From positions 112,220,001 through 112,284,000 of the forward strand of contig OX597816.1 of the NCBI GenBank assembly GCA_951406725.2: 64,000 nt of DNA, read 5' to 3'. Source of the stretch: Octopus vulgaris. Lineage: Eukaryota. Both the position numbers and the translations under genes were made by a program. Shown one piece after another: positions 39,126-52,350 of the stretch. Below the pieces are notes generated by a model. That model was not told the origin of the DNA, ran no database searches, and saw only the letters and a program-made list of their open reading frames with translations. Each line of letters begins with the position of its first letter. Positions within the stretch are counted from its first letter, which is position 1.

Positions 39126-40033
39126 AAAACAGATAGAAGAAATGCGGTGTTTTTCAAAGTTCATTTGTGACTTAAAGGAGAATAATTTAAACATAAGGAA
39201 ACTTGTTTATTATAGACAAGGTCTCTTCTCACATAGATGATTTCAGAATGTGCACCCTATGTTCTACATCAGATATGCTAGCTAAAATGAGAAAAACTGA
39301 GATTTCCTTATAGATATCAGTATTAATTTATTACTAAAGAATGCTCTTAACTATCTGCACACATACGCATGTGTAAGCACAAAATGTTATTGTCACTGTT
39401 GCAGTCACATTGTTGTGATTGGGGTTGTTGGTGCTGAAGTCTTCTTGTCTATAAGATTCTGGGATTGTCTCTTTCTTTCTCTCCTTCCCCACTCACTATT
39501 GTATACATATGGGTATGGTCATGAGTGTGAATGTGTATGCACCCATTTGGATACAAAAGAGCATACCGTTGACCTTCCATTCCTCTGTTTTCTTTCTCAT
39601 ACCATTCTGTGCCTTGGGTTCCTCTGTTACATTGATGTTGTTAATAATTTGTATAATGGGGATATATGTTAAGCACATTTTGTTAAACACTGATTACACA
39701 AACAATTGTCTAATCTTAGTAGTTGATATAACAAAAAGTGTGTATGTTCAACCAAGCATAAAATATCAAATATGTTTTCTGCATTTTACTAATTACTGGA
39801 TTAATCCAGAAATCAGTCCGATCTGGGCATAACGAATTAAAAAAATTTCTGTTAGCTGGCTTTCCTCGTTTCAGCACACTGTGTATTTATAGTGAAAAAT
39901 ATTCTATGTAGTTCGACGATCTAAGGTCTATATTTTAGCATATTGGCATAGAAAATGTTTTCTTTTACCCTTATTTATAATTATATACATTATATGTATA
40001 CAAAAACAAGTAACAACATATGGATAGTGGTTC

Positions 40034-40118
40034 ACTCACTACAACTGTTTCCAACATGTTTTTTATTGATAAATAGAGTTATTACATCATGTGAAAAAAA
40101 CGTTTTCATCAGGTAAAT
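40034..40118 (-). ncRNA. Minimal type I hammerhead ribozyme with intact core
   Basis: Minus strand AUUUAC CUGAUGA AAACGUUUUUUU...AAAAAACAUGUUG GAAA CAGUUG UA GUGAGU; stem I with G-U pairs; near-palindromic stem III; GUA site. Confidence 0.7.
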
Positions 40119-41093
40119 AGAAGCATAACTTAAACAGTTTGAAAATACATCCCATGAATCCAGGTATGTGCCATTTCATGATTCTCTGGCTAACTTTTAT
40201 ACATTTATATAAATATATATATATATTTTAATTATGTACCTTATGATAATTTACATTCTTCATCGGGGTATAAATGTATGTATGTATGATTGTATATACG
40301 AATTTATGAATATATGTGAGTGGATCTGTTTGTAAGCATGTATGTGTGTATAAGTGTGGGCTAATATCTCTTATGTTATGTTGTGAATTTGCTGTGTATG
40401 TGCGTATGTGTGCACATTTGCAAGTGTGCGTGTGTGGATGTCCCTCAACTAACCAACCGTAAAAAACAATTGTAATTTAAATTTAAAAGTATAAGCCAAT
40501 CAAATTCCGGCGTTCGTTTCATAACTATTTCGGAAATTAATAATATATTAGTGTCACAATAGAAATTATTAACTCACATGCATCTGTGGAAATTAACACC
40601 ATGTAAACTGGACTGCTTTTTGTATGTATGTGCAAATATTTAATGCCTTGCATAATACTGTGGTATTATATTGGCCCCTAGTTTTGCTACTATATTGCTA
40701 ATTATGTGATATATGTATTGTTTTATTAGTATTAATGTTATTAGAAATAAGAACAATGATATTGGTAGCATTAATGATATTGATAACAGTATTGATGTTA
40801 ACATTAATGACATTTTGTAAATTAATATAAGGTAATACTGACTCTATATATCTGCATTGAAGTATGAATATGTCTATGTTCTCTACGTTGTAATATCTTA
40901 ATATTAAGTTGAAAAACATTGAATATGGAACATATATATATATATTTTATTGATTTATATTATTTGTATTATTATGTATATGTGTATGTATAAGGGTATG
41001 AGTATATGCACTCATATATATATGTAAATGATTTTTTATGGGTATGTACCCACACTTATATGAGTATATATGTAATTTGGTTTATACTTTAGA

Positions 41094-41220
41094 ATCTCCG
41101 AAGAGGCCTTGAGATATATTTGTAAATGTCTCATTTTTAACTTCATATTGGCATACTATACATGGCTAATATAGGTAAAATGAGGCATATTTATCTGCAT
41201 GGCCGAAACAGCTGTAAGAT
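41094..41220 (+). ncRNA. Minimal type I hammerhead ribozyme with long stem II (core variant CCGAAGA)
   Basis: AUCU CCGAAGA GGCC [~90-nt hairpin] GGCC GAAA CAGCUG UA AGAU; palindromic stem III. Confidence 0.75.
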
Positions 41221-41430
41221 ATAGTGTATATTTATATACACTATCTATTTATATTTATTTATTTATATCCTCTTATAATGATTGTACCTATTGTATTGTA
41301 TTACTCATTCATGTGTGCTGTTTTGTTTAACCTTAATGGTCTTATGTAGTGGTTCAATAAAGTATGTGATTGGGTATTATCTGGTAGTTGATTAATGATT
41401 TAGATGTATTTCTCCATTTTCTGATTTTGT

Positions 41431-41482
<52 letters not shown>

Positions 41483-41697
41483 ACATTCGATCCTTGTTCC
41501 AAGAAATCTAATGCTCGTAGCTTAGTTTTCCCTTGGGGCTGGCCGGATCGGAGCGATCTCAAGATTAATCAGCCAAAATTGCTACGATGATCCAGTTCTT
41601 GACTGAAGATTGAAGGCTTCGAATGTCCCATCCATGTTTTTTGTATAGTCTTCTAAATGTTTTACGTTCTTGTCCCAGTTTGTATTTTTCTACATAT

Positions 41698-41733
<36 letters not shown>

Positions 41734-41829
41734 TTATTTGAGGGAATAAAATCCAAACTTACAAGGAAAAAGAATTCAATTTAGAAATACTAAATCAAAT
41801 TCCACACAATATAATATATATATAAAATA

Positions 41830-42091
41830 TTAGAAAAAAACCCACCTTTTATCAATTCAAAATGAATAATTAAATTACACCATCTAGAAAATTACATATA
41901 ATAGAAAAGTTAAAATTAAAATAACAATTAAAAAGTAAAAATACCTATTATATACATTATATTATTTTTGTAATTTACTTAATCTTTACTTTTTAATTGT
42001 TATTTTAATTTTAACTTTTCTATTATATGTAATTTTCTAGATGGTGTAATTTAATTATTCATTTTGAATTGATAAAAGGTGGTTTTTTTCT

Positions 42092-42093
<2 letters not shown>
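41830..42093. repeat. Near-perfect AT-rich inverted repeat, ~110-bp arms and ~45-bp spacer
   Basis: 41830-41939 is the reverse complement of 41985-42093; flanked by (TA)n. Confidence 0.92.
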
Positions 42094-42143
<50 letters not shown>

Positions 42144-45099
42144 GTGTATATTTAGTACAGGAAAAAGTCAACAAAAACCAAGGCAGGATGAGTATCTCAA
42201 GTCATTTAAAATAATTTAATTAGGGTAAGATGAATACAGACAGGAGAATAAAGTTCACAGTTTGTCTTTTTCCAGAGGGAATGTAGGTTAGTCTGTACTT
42301 CCATGAAGGTATAGGCCCTTAGGTGTAATCTCAGGTAAGTCCAGGCAGTATTTTGTGTGATATGATCATGTTGAAGTAATGAATAAGTGGTTAGCTAGTA
42401 TCTAAATGATCCATATGAGTATATAGAGTGAGTATGACAGACATCAAGATAGACAGAAATAGGTTGTGAGTGAGTGGATAGAAGAAGAGAAAGAGAGAAA
42501 AGAAAGGAATGGGATAGGAAAGAATGAATGAGAGTGGAAGTACAGTAAAATCAAAAATAAAAATAAAAATTAAAATTAAAAATAAAGATAAGATGCCAGT
42601 ATTATTCTTCGCAAGCTATCCCTACTGACCACTGAACTAAATATTCTCTCTGACCACATCTAACCTAGAATTCATCTATTTAATTAATAGACATAAATAC
42701 CTCCCTCCTCCTCTACCAAAACCTTAATGCCTGACCTCTCACACTAAAAAAGCCAACTCTTACAAAGAATAATCTTTTCTACACTAGGCACAAGACCCGA
42801 AATTTTGGCAGAGGGGGCTAGTCAATTAGATCGATTCCAGTATGTAACTGGTACTTAATTTATCGACCCCGAAAGGATGAAAGGCAAAGCTGACCTCAGC
42901 GGATATAGTGAGTGACAAAAAGAAAGGGGGTTCATCAATGGCAGATGCAAGCATGTGTTCAGTGAGAATAAATTGGGAGGAGCAGGATGGGCGACAAAGG
43001 AAATTACTCCAAGGAGAGGGATAACTGGTAGCACAAGGGGATATTGTCCTTTACTTGGAAAACAGGTAAGGGTTAACAACAGGAAGTTCAGTTGACCATA
43101 AAATCCAGTTTCTTTCCATGTAAACCAAGCTAGCCTGGAAAACAGACAATAAACAAAACAATTGAACAAATAAATTATGTCATCATCATCATCATCATCA
43201 TTATTTAACGTCTGTTTTCCATGGTGGAATGGGTTGGATGGTTTGACCAGAGCTGGCAAGCTGGAGAGCTGCACCAGGTTCCAGTCTGATATGGCATGGT
43301 TTCTATGGCTGGATGCTCTTCCTAATGCCGACCACTTTACAGAATGTTCTGGTTGCTTTTATGTGGCACCACACAAGCGCTTTTACATGGAACCAGCATG
43401 AGAACTTTTCATGTGGCACTGGTATAGGTTTATGTTTATATATGTGTGCGCATGTACACATACATTGCATGCATAGAGGTATGGAAGAACAAAAGAGTGA
43501 AAAATACTCTATTCAACTGAAGCTTCAATTAGGTTTAAATAAATGGTTTTGTGTTTGTGTATGTGTGTGTCTGCATGTGTGTGTGTGTGTGTGTGTGTAT
43601 TGTGCCTGTGTTTGTGAGTGCTTGTGTGAGTTTATATCTATATGTATAGCTACACAATTCAAATGTTGGCTGAAAGAAGACCTCAACATATTTAACTTCA
43701 AATAAAATATTTGTCATCACATCCAAATATAAATGTGGAGGTAATATATTTGAGTAAAACTTTGGCATTTATAATTATAGCATTTCAATTTTTTTAATAA
43801 TTGGAAAATAATTCAATTTAGATATTATTTCCCCCACCCCCACCCCATTCTTTTGAAGGCTGTACATTTTCTTTTTTGTGTGTTTTTGGTTTTGTTTTGT
43901 TTTGTTTTGTTTTTTGAAGTGTTGCTTTAGAATTGTAGAAAATCTCTTGATGCTTTCATTGTGTTTATTATGTAAAACTAAGACGTGATAATGATAAAAA
44001 ATCTGGAAAATGTTAGAAATGTTTTGGTAGTTTTATTTTCATTGCTATTGACTGACTATGAGTGTTTGAAGAATCCACAGCTGAACATTTATAGGTGAGG
44101 AGATCATTCAATGAAGAAGCTAATGAATATAAAGTCATTTCTTGAGGGGGAATGTAAATTAATAGGAATTATTTGTTAAACTTTTTATAACATTGTCTTT
44201 CTATTCACTAACAGATGGCACAAACTTATTTATTCATAGTAAATTAGTAATTTTTCTTATGATCTGCAGAGATGATAAGCCAAGGAGGAAGAGTGATATG
44301 AAATAAATAGGGTAAGGAGATAAACAAGAAAAATTTAATGAGATGGATAGAAAATGAAAGGAAGGAGAAGAGAACGCCATTGCGAGATAAGGAATTTGTC
44401 ATATGTATTTGTGTGTTTGTGTGTAATGTTTAAACATATTAGACCAGGTGTGCACATATTGGCTCAAATGCCAATTAAAAATGACAATAGAAATGGTGAC
44501 AATTAAATCATGAGCGTGTTTCTTGTCTATACAAAAATGCTAGGGGACAATTAGAGTGCACTTCCATTTTTGTAGTCATTCTAATTTGCTGAACTGATGT
44601 AATTAAATCAATATATATTTCACATTTCCCAGCTCAGAGATGCAGGTACTGAAGAGGATGCACAACATGTAGGCTTTTATGTTAAACATTAACAGTTGGT
44701 TCAGGGACTCTAACGCCCCCTTGTGGATCAACGTCAATATTAATGGAAAGACTAGGTGTGAGCTGGCAGAATTGTTAGCATGATGGGTAAAATGCTTAGC
44801 AGCATTTCACTCGTTTTTACATTCAAGTTCTATCAAGGTCGACTTTACCTTTCTTTCTTTCAGGATCAATAGAATAAGTATCAGGTGAGAACTCGGGTTG
44901 ATATAATCAACTTTCTCCCTCTCACAAAGTTGTTGGCCTTGTGCTAAAATGTGAATCCAATATTAAAAGGAAAACATACATTAAAAGAATTATTATTTTC
45001 ACATTTATGTTAGCAGGTCAACGGCAATATATCTGCAACTTACAGCAATTCTTATAAATAACTGCACTTCTAAAATCCCTATGAAAATATTAATTCATG

Positions 45100-48000
45100 T
45101 AATACCAGTAATAAACTGGTATCTTTCTTGGCATTGAATTTAGTTTTTTGCCGGTCACTTAATGGCAGCTTGTAAACAGCAAGCATTAGAAGCCATCAAC
45201 GCCTTTATTCATACCTCATGACTTTTAAACCAAGATTCTTGATTTAAAAGTGCATCTACCATTAAATACTGAGGAGAAGGCAAATGAGATGCCCTTGTTA
45301 CAGTTTTACATTGATTACTTGAAAAAAGTGAATTTAAGTTGGAAGCAATTCAACAAGCACCAGTATTGGAATGGATTTCAATGAATGCTGATATGCTAAT
45401 CATAATTATTGACAAGAAAAAGAATATTTTACTGATGTGATATCAGAGGTGAAGATTTTCTCCACCTGGCTGCTATACAAAAGGATTATACATACATTGT
45501 TTTCATAGGTATTGTAACATGATTTATATATGACAAGATTGCTCTGCCACAACCAAGGAATCTTTGTCATTCATTTGGCAAAAGGTTTGCAATTGAAAGT
45601 TATGTCAATATAATAACAATTATAAGTGTAATTTTTACAGCATTACAACAATTTCAGCTGTTTCAGATTCTATTCAAAAGTTAGTTGTTGCAACTACAAT
45701 AAATAATGTAGATATTGGCACTTTAATTGATTCAGGAAGTACAGAAAATTTTATTCACACATCTTTTGCTATCAATATGAAATTGCCTATTAAATCTACT
45801 TCTTCTATAATCACTATGGCTTCTTTCACACATAAGAAAGTAATTAGAGTTTCACAATTTTGATGTTATTCCTACTGATAATATTTACAATAATATTAAA
45901 TTTTCAACAATGGATGATCTTTGTGTACATTTGTTGCTAGGGCAAAGTTCTATGTTTCTTCACAAAATTGTTAATATTGAATATAATGATGCTATACCAA
46001 TAATTTTTGGACTCTCAACTATGCCTCGGGATCTGCCTCAAAAATTCAGGGCTTTGGAAATAATTATAAAATTATTACTAATTCTGGTCAATTTTATTCT
46101 AAATTGACAATTTTTTATTTATTTAATCTATTGAAAGAAATGGGGATAAATACAGGTTGTATTTCTCCATATGTGCTCATTTTGGTTGTGAAAAACCCTA
46201 AGAAATTTAGTGCAGAGAGTTTGCAAATTAACTGATTTTGCATATTCACTACCTTTAATCTCAATTTTGGTAAATAACATCTCAAAATGAAATTATTTGT
46301 GCAGTTATTACCAAGTCCTAAGTTGATGAGTAATCCTTTACAGTATTTGAAAATAATGGAAAATCCAATTTAGTAAAATGTCTTTGGAGTCGAAGAATAC
46401 TATAGCTATTTACATGGAATAACTGATAAAATGAATTAAATAATTTACATTAAATCATTCAACTTATTTTATCAGTTGTAAACCATTTAAATGCACTATA
46501 TACTTATATTGCTGATTTTATTGTATGTGCAACAGAGGAGTATATCCAAATTTAGATAAATTTAATTAGGTAGTCAAAGACTATGAACTTACTTTAAATG
46601 GGGCTAAGATGCAAACTGTCCATTTTCTGGAATACAAAATTTCTGATGAAATTCTGAAGTGAGATCAAGGGAGGTTAAAAGCATTAAGGAACAATCCATT
46701 TCCCCAAAATAATGGAAGTTATTTCAATGGTTGATTGGAATGTTCTCAATCTATTCCAAATGGATTCCTCATTATTCAGATAAAATAAAGTTAGTTTTAT
46801 TAATTATTCACTGCTCAAACATGTGATTTCAATAGTCTCAAACTTTGTGTTTATTAAGGGAATACTTGGTATAAAAAATAAGTTTGAACTATTTGTTCAA
46901 GTGATGCCTCTGGGATGACCATATCAGATATTTAGACTGCTGTAAAATAAATATTCTGTAGCTTATTTTTCAAGGACATTAACTATCCATGGAGAAAAAC
47001 ATCTTTGATTAAATAGAGAACATCAGCCATTATTAAAAGTGTCAGAAAGTGGAGACTAGCAAAACCTTTTCAACTATTAATAGATTAAGGTGTAACAGAA
47101 TTAAACATTAAGGAGTTCAGAATTAAACATCAACCAAAGGTTAAAAATAATAAGCTGGTAAGCTGGCAATTGGAATTGTTTGAATGCACTTATGACATAA
47201 AGCATCATTCTAGAAAAGAAAATATTTACTGATGCTTTCTCCAGAAATTTCTTTTGCTACATCAAGTCTTTCTCCTTCTCAGATTCATGAACAAGTTTGT
47301 CATAATGGCATCTGTCAGTTTTATCACTACATGAAATTCAAAAAGTTTACTTCTTAGCATTCATGATGTTGAGATGATAATCAGCTCTTGTAATAATTGT
47401 GTTCTTACCATCTTCTTAGCTTTTAACTTTTATTTGGTTCAGTCATTAGACTGTGGCCATATCAGGGCTCCATCATGAAGGGTTTAGTTGAACAAATCAA
47501 CCTCAGGGGTTTGTCCCTAAGTCTGGTACTAATTTTATCAGTCTCTTTTGTGGAACCACTACAGGAATGTAAATACACCAATGTTAGTTGTCAAGTGGTG
47601 AGGACAAAGGCGCACACACACACACACACATGCATATACAGATGTGTCTATGCCCCTTCCAACAATAGAGAGCAGTTGCTACCTCTGATGAGTGTTGAGT
47701 TATATAACTGAACTGTACCTAACACTCCATTAAACCATTAGTGTAAAACTGTTTGGTAAGATCGGCGCTAATGGATATATAATGCTGCACACTTCGATTG
47801 ATGTGTGTGTGTGTACACAATGGGCTTCTACATAGTTTCTGTCTACTAAATTTACTCACCTAGGGCTATAGTAGAACAAACTTGCCCAAGATGTCACATA
47901 TTGGGACTGAACCTGAAACCACATAGTTAGAAAATGAGCTTTTTAACCACCACCATGTCTGTGCTTATTAGTTCACATATTCTTTTTTGTTTTAACCAAA

Positions 48001-49055
48001 AGTTGCCATATTAATACATTTTGATTCAACCATTGAAAAGATTATCTAGTGACATCACGAAAACAAAGGAATCGTTTATATATGTAAAAAATAGTTCATT
48101 TTTGTATTATGCTGATGCACACACACAATTCAATTCACACACCTATGGCCAAATATCATTGCTACTACAGTAATTAAATTACTGACTCAATTATTTGTAT
48201 TAACTGAAAATCCAGCTGGTCTATATAGTGACTAAGAAACTTCCTTCTTGTCTTTGGAAGTCTTGAATTTTTTTCGTCAAATTTAGAAGTAAATTGTTGC
48301 TGCAGCACTTACATCATGCAATCCACAGAGGAATGACCAATATGAACAACATAATGGCAGATTGCAGAAGACTATCTTGGAATATTGCAAATCTCTATAT
48401 ATTCAGGTGGGAATTAGTTCAATGAGATCATTCTTATCATTAGCAACAAACAGCATACTACATCAAAGATTCTTTATTTTTTCTCAGGTACAACAAATGG
48501 TGAAATTAAACCTATTTGGATGATGCTTGGTGGGAGTGTTTTCTAAATAAAATGTTCTCCAATTAAAAACAGAACCTTCAGGTGAAGTTCAGCTGGTGGA
48601 TGCCAATCCAGATGATGCAAATGTTAAATTTAATGATGGACAAGAAGATAAGGTAGATGGCAGAGATTTTGCACCTGAACCTATAATGAATTACCAAAAA
48701 ACATTTAATAAAATATGATGATAAAAATGGTTCATTTTATGATAACACTCCTCATTAATTTTCTTTTGATGCTGGTGTTGTTTCACACGTGGATATTTGA
48801 ATTCCTAAACTAACTGATGTTGTTTGTGATGCTAATGCATTGTGCATTCTTTTCAGTGCTTGGATATCTAAGCTGTGGGGAATGTAGAGAAATGTGCAAT
48901 ATGTCGTTCTTATATGTGAATAATGTTTTCAACATAATACCAACCACAATATGCATGTATTGGTTTTGACAATCAAATAAGAAATGATAACCAGAATAGC
49001 AGTAGACACAAATCCACGAATAAAACTTTTAGAATTATATTTTATCTGTACAACA
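45100..49055 (+). mobile_element. Heavily decayed Gypsy/Ty3 LTR retrotransposon (gag-PR-RT-RH-INT, PPT, probable 3' LTR), split by a SINE at ~47420-47965
   Basis: Protease TLIDSGSTENFI; RNase H DASG, VAYFSRTL, AIIKSVRKWR, TDAFSR; integrase HEQVCHNG, NPQRNDQYEQHNG, EVQLVDANP..VKFNDG..RDFAP; PPT GTGGGGAA then TGTAG at ~48882. Confidence 0.85.
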
Positions 49056-49142
49056 CCAAAAATACAACATCATTATTTCATAATGAGATGATATGAGTTA
49101 TTTATTACTCAAGTTAGTCAGTTTAAAAGCCAATAATCTACC

Positions 49143-49181
49143 AAAATAATAATAATAATAATGATAATAATAATAATATTA

Positions 49182-49247
<66 letters not shown>
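49143..49247. repeat. (AAT)n/(ATT)n/(AAT)n strand-switching microsatellite
   Basis: Seen directly. Confidence 0.9.
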
Positions 49248-49249
<2 letters not shown>

Positions 49250-50267
49250 CAGAAACTTAAATTGCTGATTAAATATTGTAATATAGCATTAGAAAAGAAT
49301 TCTGGAAATTGACTCTTAAATGGATTTAGGTTTCCATTGTCAACTACAACTAAATCATTTCAAATAATTATTTAATGGTTAGTCACCATTCTTCGGCAGT
49401 AATTATATAGAGCTGAACCAACTAATATCTGATTTATTGAACACTTAGAGTACTTCAGTTCTAAAACATTTTAGAAATTATGATAGATAACACGGATAGA
49501 GAACTAAATTTTCTTCAAGTCAGCCGAGAATTTATTCAAAATTCAAAAATAAAAATTCCTTTAAGCCATAAGCAATAGGTTCCAAATTGTAGCTAATTCT
49601 CACAAAATATATTTAAAAAATTCTTACAATATTTAAAATACATGCCTTAAGAATTTGGATATTTTTTAGTTTATTCTTGGTTTTATTCATTTATGGTGGG
49701 TTTTTTTTTTTTTTAAGAAAACTTGAGAGAAATTTTTGCAGTGACAGAAAAGTACTCAAGACAAAATCAAAAATCAATTCTCTTGAAATGCTAAATTGAT
49801 CCATAATTTCAAGAAAGTCTGCTACTTTTATTTGAATTTCAAAGTGGAATTTACTGGAACACAGTGGCACATGAAAAGTATTGGCTCATAATTTAGAAGC
49901 AACTAATTCTAATTTTGACACTGTTATGCAGTTTTGCTTTAGAGAAAAGTTTAAAATTAATTACATATTTTACAAATTATTCCTATGCAGTACATCAACT
50001 CTAAAACTATGAGATTTCCAAGTCTTTTAGAAAAATTCAATTTAACCAAACAAGAGGAGATTTTTTTTCAGAGAAGCAGCTTTTCTTAGCATGCACACAC
50101 ACACACACATGTATGCATACATATATCATCATTATTGTTTTAACATCCACTTTTCCATAAATTTCCAAATGGAATTTGCTAAGGCAGATTTTTTATTGCT
50201 GGATACCCTTCTAGTACCCAACCCTTACTTGCTTCCAAGTAAGGTAATAGATGCTTTAAAACATTGA

Positions 50268-52330
50268 CAAGAGCAAAGAAGTTTGAAACATCAATGTCTG
50301 GGATTCCTAATGGGTGGTGAGACTGAATGAATTGGATGTTTTCACACCTTTTTACCAAAAGAGAGATATTTTCTCCATGGTAACTGCAGTGTATTTGCCT
50401 TTTAGCAATTGAAATATATCACAAGCATATTTCAGTGAGCCTAAATCCTGCTCATGCTTAAACACTGTTTAGTGCTAACACTTCGCTATTTTCCTCAATC
50501 AGGTGATCCACTAGTGCAAATCAGTGAATGTATTGACTGAATTATACATAAAGCTATGGCTTTATAAGTTCATTCAGAGTTGCATCACTTAGGTACATCT
50601 CCTGTTAGCTGCTGCTTGTTTGTGAGTTCTTTATGTTATTATCTAATCTTTCTTTGTTATTGCACTGTTTGTTGTACCTGTTGAAATTGGAACTGCTGTT
50701 AATCTGTTAACTGTCATTTTCACCCTGCAGAGCAGAAAATTGTGAAATTTTTGTTGGAAACAACTGCTATTGAACTTTTTGTGGTTTGAACACTTCCATT
50801 TTTTACCCTTTGCAGAGTATTATGAATTTTATTGTTTGGGCACTTGCTGGCCTGCATTTACACAAACTGGCAGCAGAATGGGAAGATTCCCAGCTCTATG
50901 AGTCAGGGAGTGGTGATGCTGATCAGAAAAGACCAAAACAAAGGAACCATATTAGTAATTTTAAGCCCATAACTCTACTTAATGTAGAGTTAAAGATTTT
51001 GGTCAAGGTGCTAGCTAAGAGGTTGGCCCATGTCGCAGAGAAACTTGTTGGGAGGGCGCAGACATGCAGGTCAATCCAGGTCAATCTCCATGTCTTGTGC
51101 AGGTCAATCCAAGACAATCTCCATCTCCTGCGCTACGCCTTAGAGAGGGTGGGTAAATTATCCAGTAAAGGTGGGACACTGGTCTATTTAGACCAGAGTA
51201 AAGCTTTTGATACAGTAGACCACCAGTGCTTCGTTCGTCAAGGGTACCCTCTGTCTCCACTTCTGTATGTACTGGCTCTTGAGCCACTGCTGCTGAGGTT
51301 GGAGAGTTTGGGGGGAATCCCCAATGAATTGCGATGTGGTAAATCTGTTTCTGCATATGCGGATGACGTCACCATCAACGTGTCTGATGAAACTCAGTGG
51401 TAGGGGCAAAAATTAACAAGGACAAGTCCATCAGCTTGTGGCTTGGCACTTGGAGTGGCAAGACAATAACGTCCAGTGTCACAACAAATTGTCTAGGCAT
51501 GGAATGTCTGTGCCACTGGCATGCCCAAGAGGCAGGTAGGAAGATCAAACTGTTCTGCACACTCGTGTACAGTGCTTGGAGCTTTCAGGCTTGATAATTT
51601 ACATAGAATACGTGCTGTCACATCTAGGAAGAGTACAACTATCTGCTGAGTCCGTGATCAAGATTGTACTGCCACCCAGACTATCAAAGGAAGGTGAGGC
51701 ATGATTTTATGCATAGTCGCAGTATTGAAAGAGTGTATATGGAAAACTAGAATGAAAGGAATCATGACTGGAATTTTTATCTCCAGCCTTGGTTTGCTAT
51801 ATTATTTCAGATATCATCTGAAGAGCAAGATAGGGCTGGAGAGGAGACACCTGTCACAAAGTATATTCAGGAAAAGATGGAAGGATGTGGCAAGGAAATT
51901 GGGTGTGAATGACCCTGCTTAATCTCACATATGGTAAAAAAAATGTATGGTGTAGCCGTTGAGCTTCACAGCCAAATGTAAACTTGTAAAACTTGTAAAT
52001 TTTAAAAATATAATATTCATCATCATATTTTTAAAAACAAACTCATAAACACACTATTTTGTTTGTAATGTCCTGTGCTGTCCCATCTATGTTGGATATG
52101 TAATGATCATAACAAGAATCATCTCTTAGGTACATCTCATCAGCAAGAGCCAAGAAGCTTGAAACATCGATGTCTGAGATTCCTAATAGATGGCAACACT
52201 GAACAAATTAGATGTTTTCACACCTTTTTGCCATAAGTGAGATATATTCTTCACAGTAACTGCTTTGTATTTGCCTTTTAGCAGTTGAAATATATCACAA
52301 ACATATTTCAACTAACTTAAATTCTGCTTA
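50268..52330 (+). repeat. Direct repeat pair (~190 bp; 50268-50460 and 52144-52330) bracketing the Tx1 fragment
   Basis: CAAGAGC(A/C)AAGAAG(T/C)TTGAAACATC...GTATTTGCCTTTTAGCA(A/G)TTGAAATATATCACAA in both copies. Confidence 0.85.
50860..51930 (+). pseudogene. Internally deleted Tx1/L1 RT and C-terminal fragment
   Basis: NFKPITLLNVELKILVKVLAKRL, RSIQDN, LDQSKAFD, RQGYPLSPLLY, AYADDV. Confidence 0.85.
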
Positions 52331-52350
52331 TATACATATCTATATATATA

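Noticed and set aside
40165-40272. CCGAUGA...GAAA on the minus strand
   Set aside because: Stems I and II cannot be paired convincingly.
41595-41630. CUGAAGA hammerhead-like start
   Set aside because: No GAAA/stem III/UH or closing stem I.
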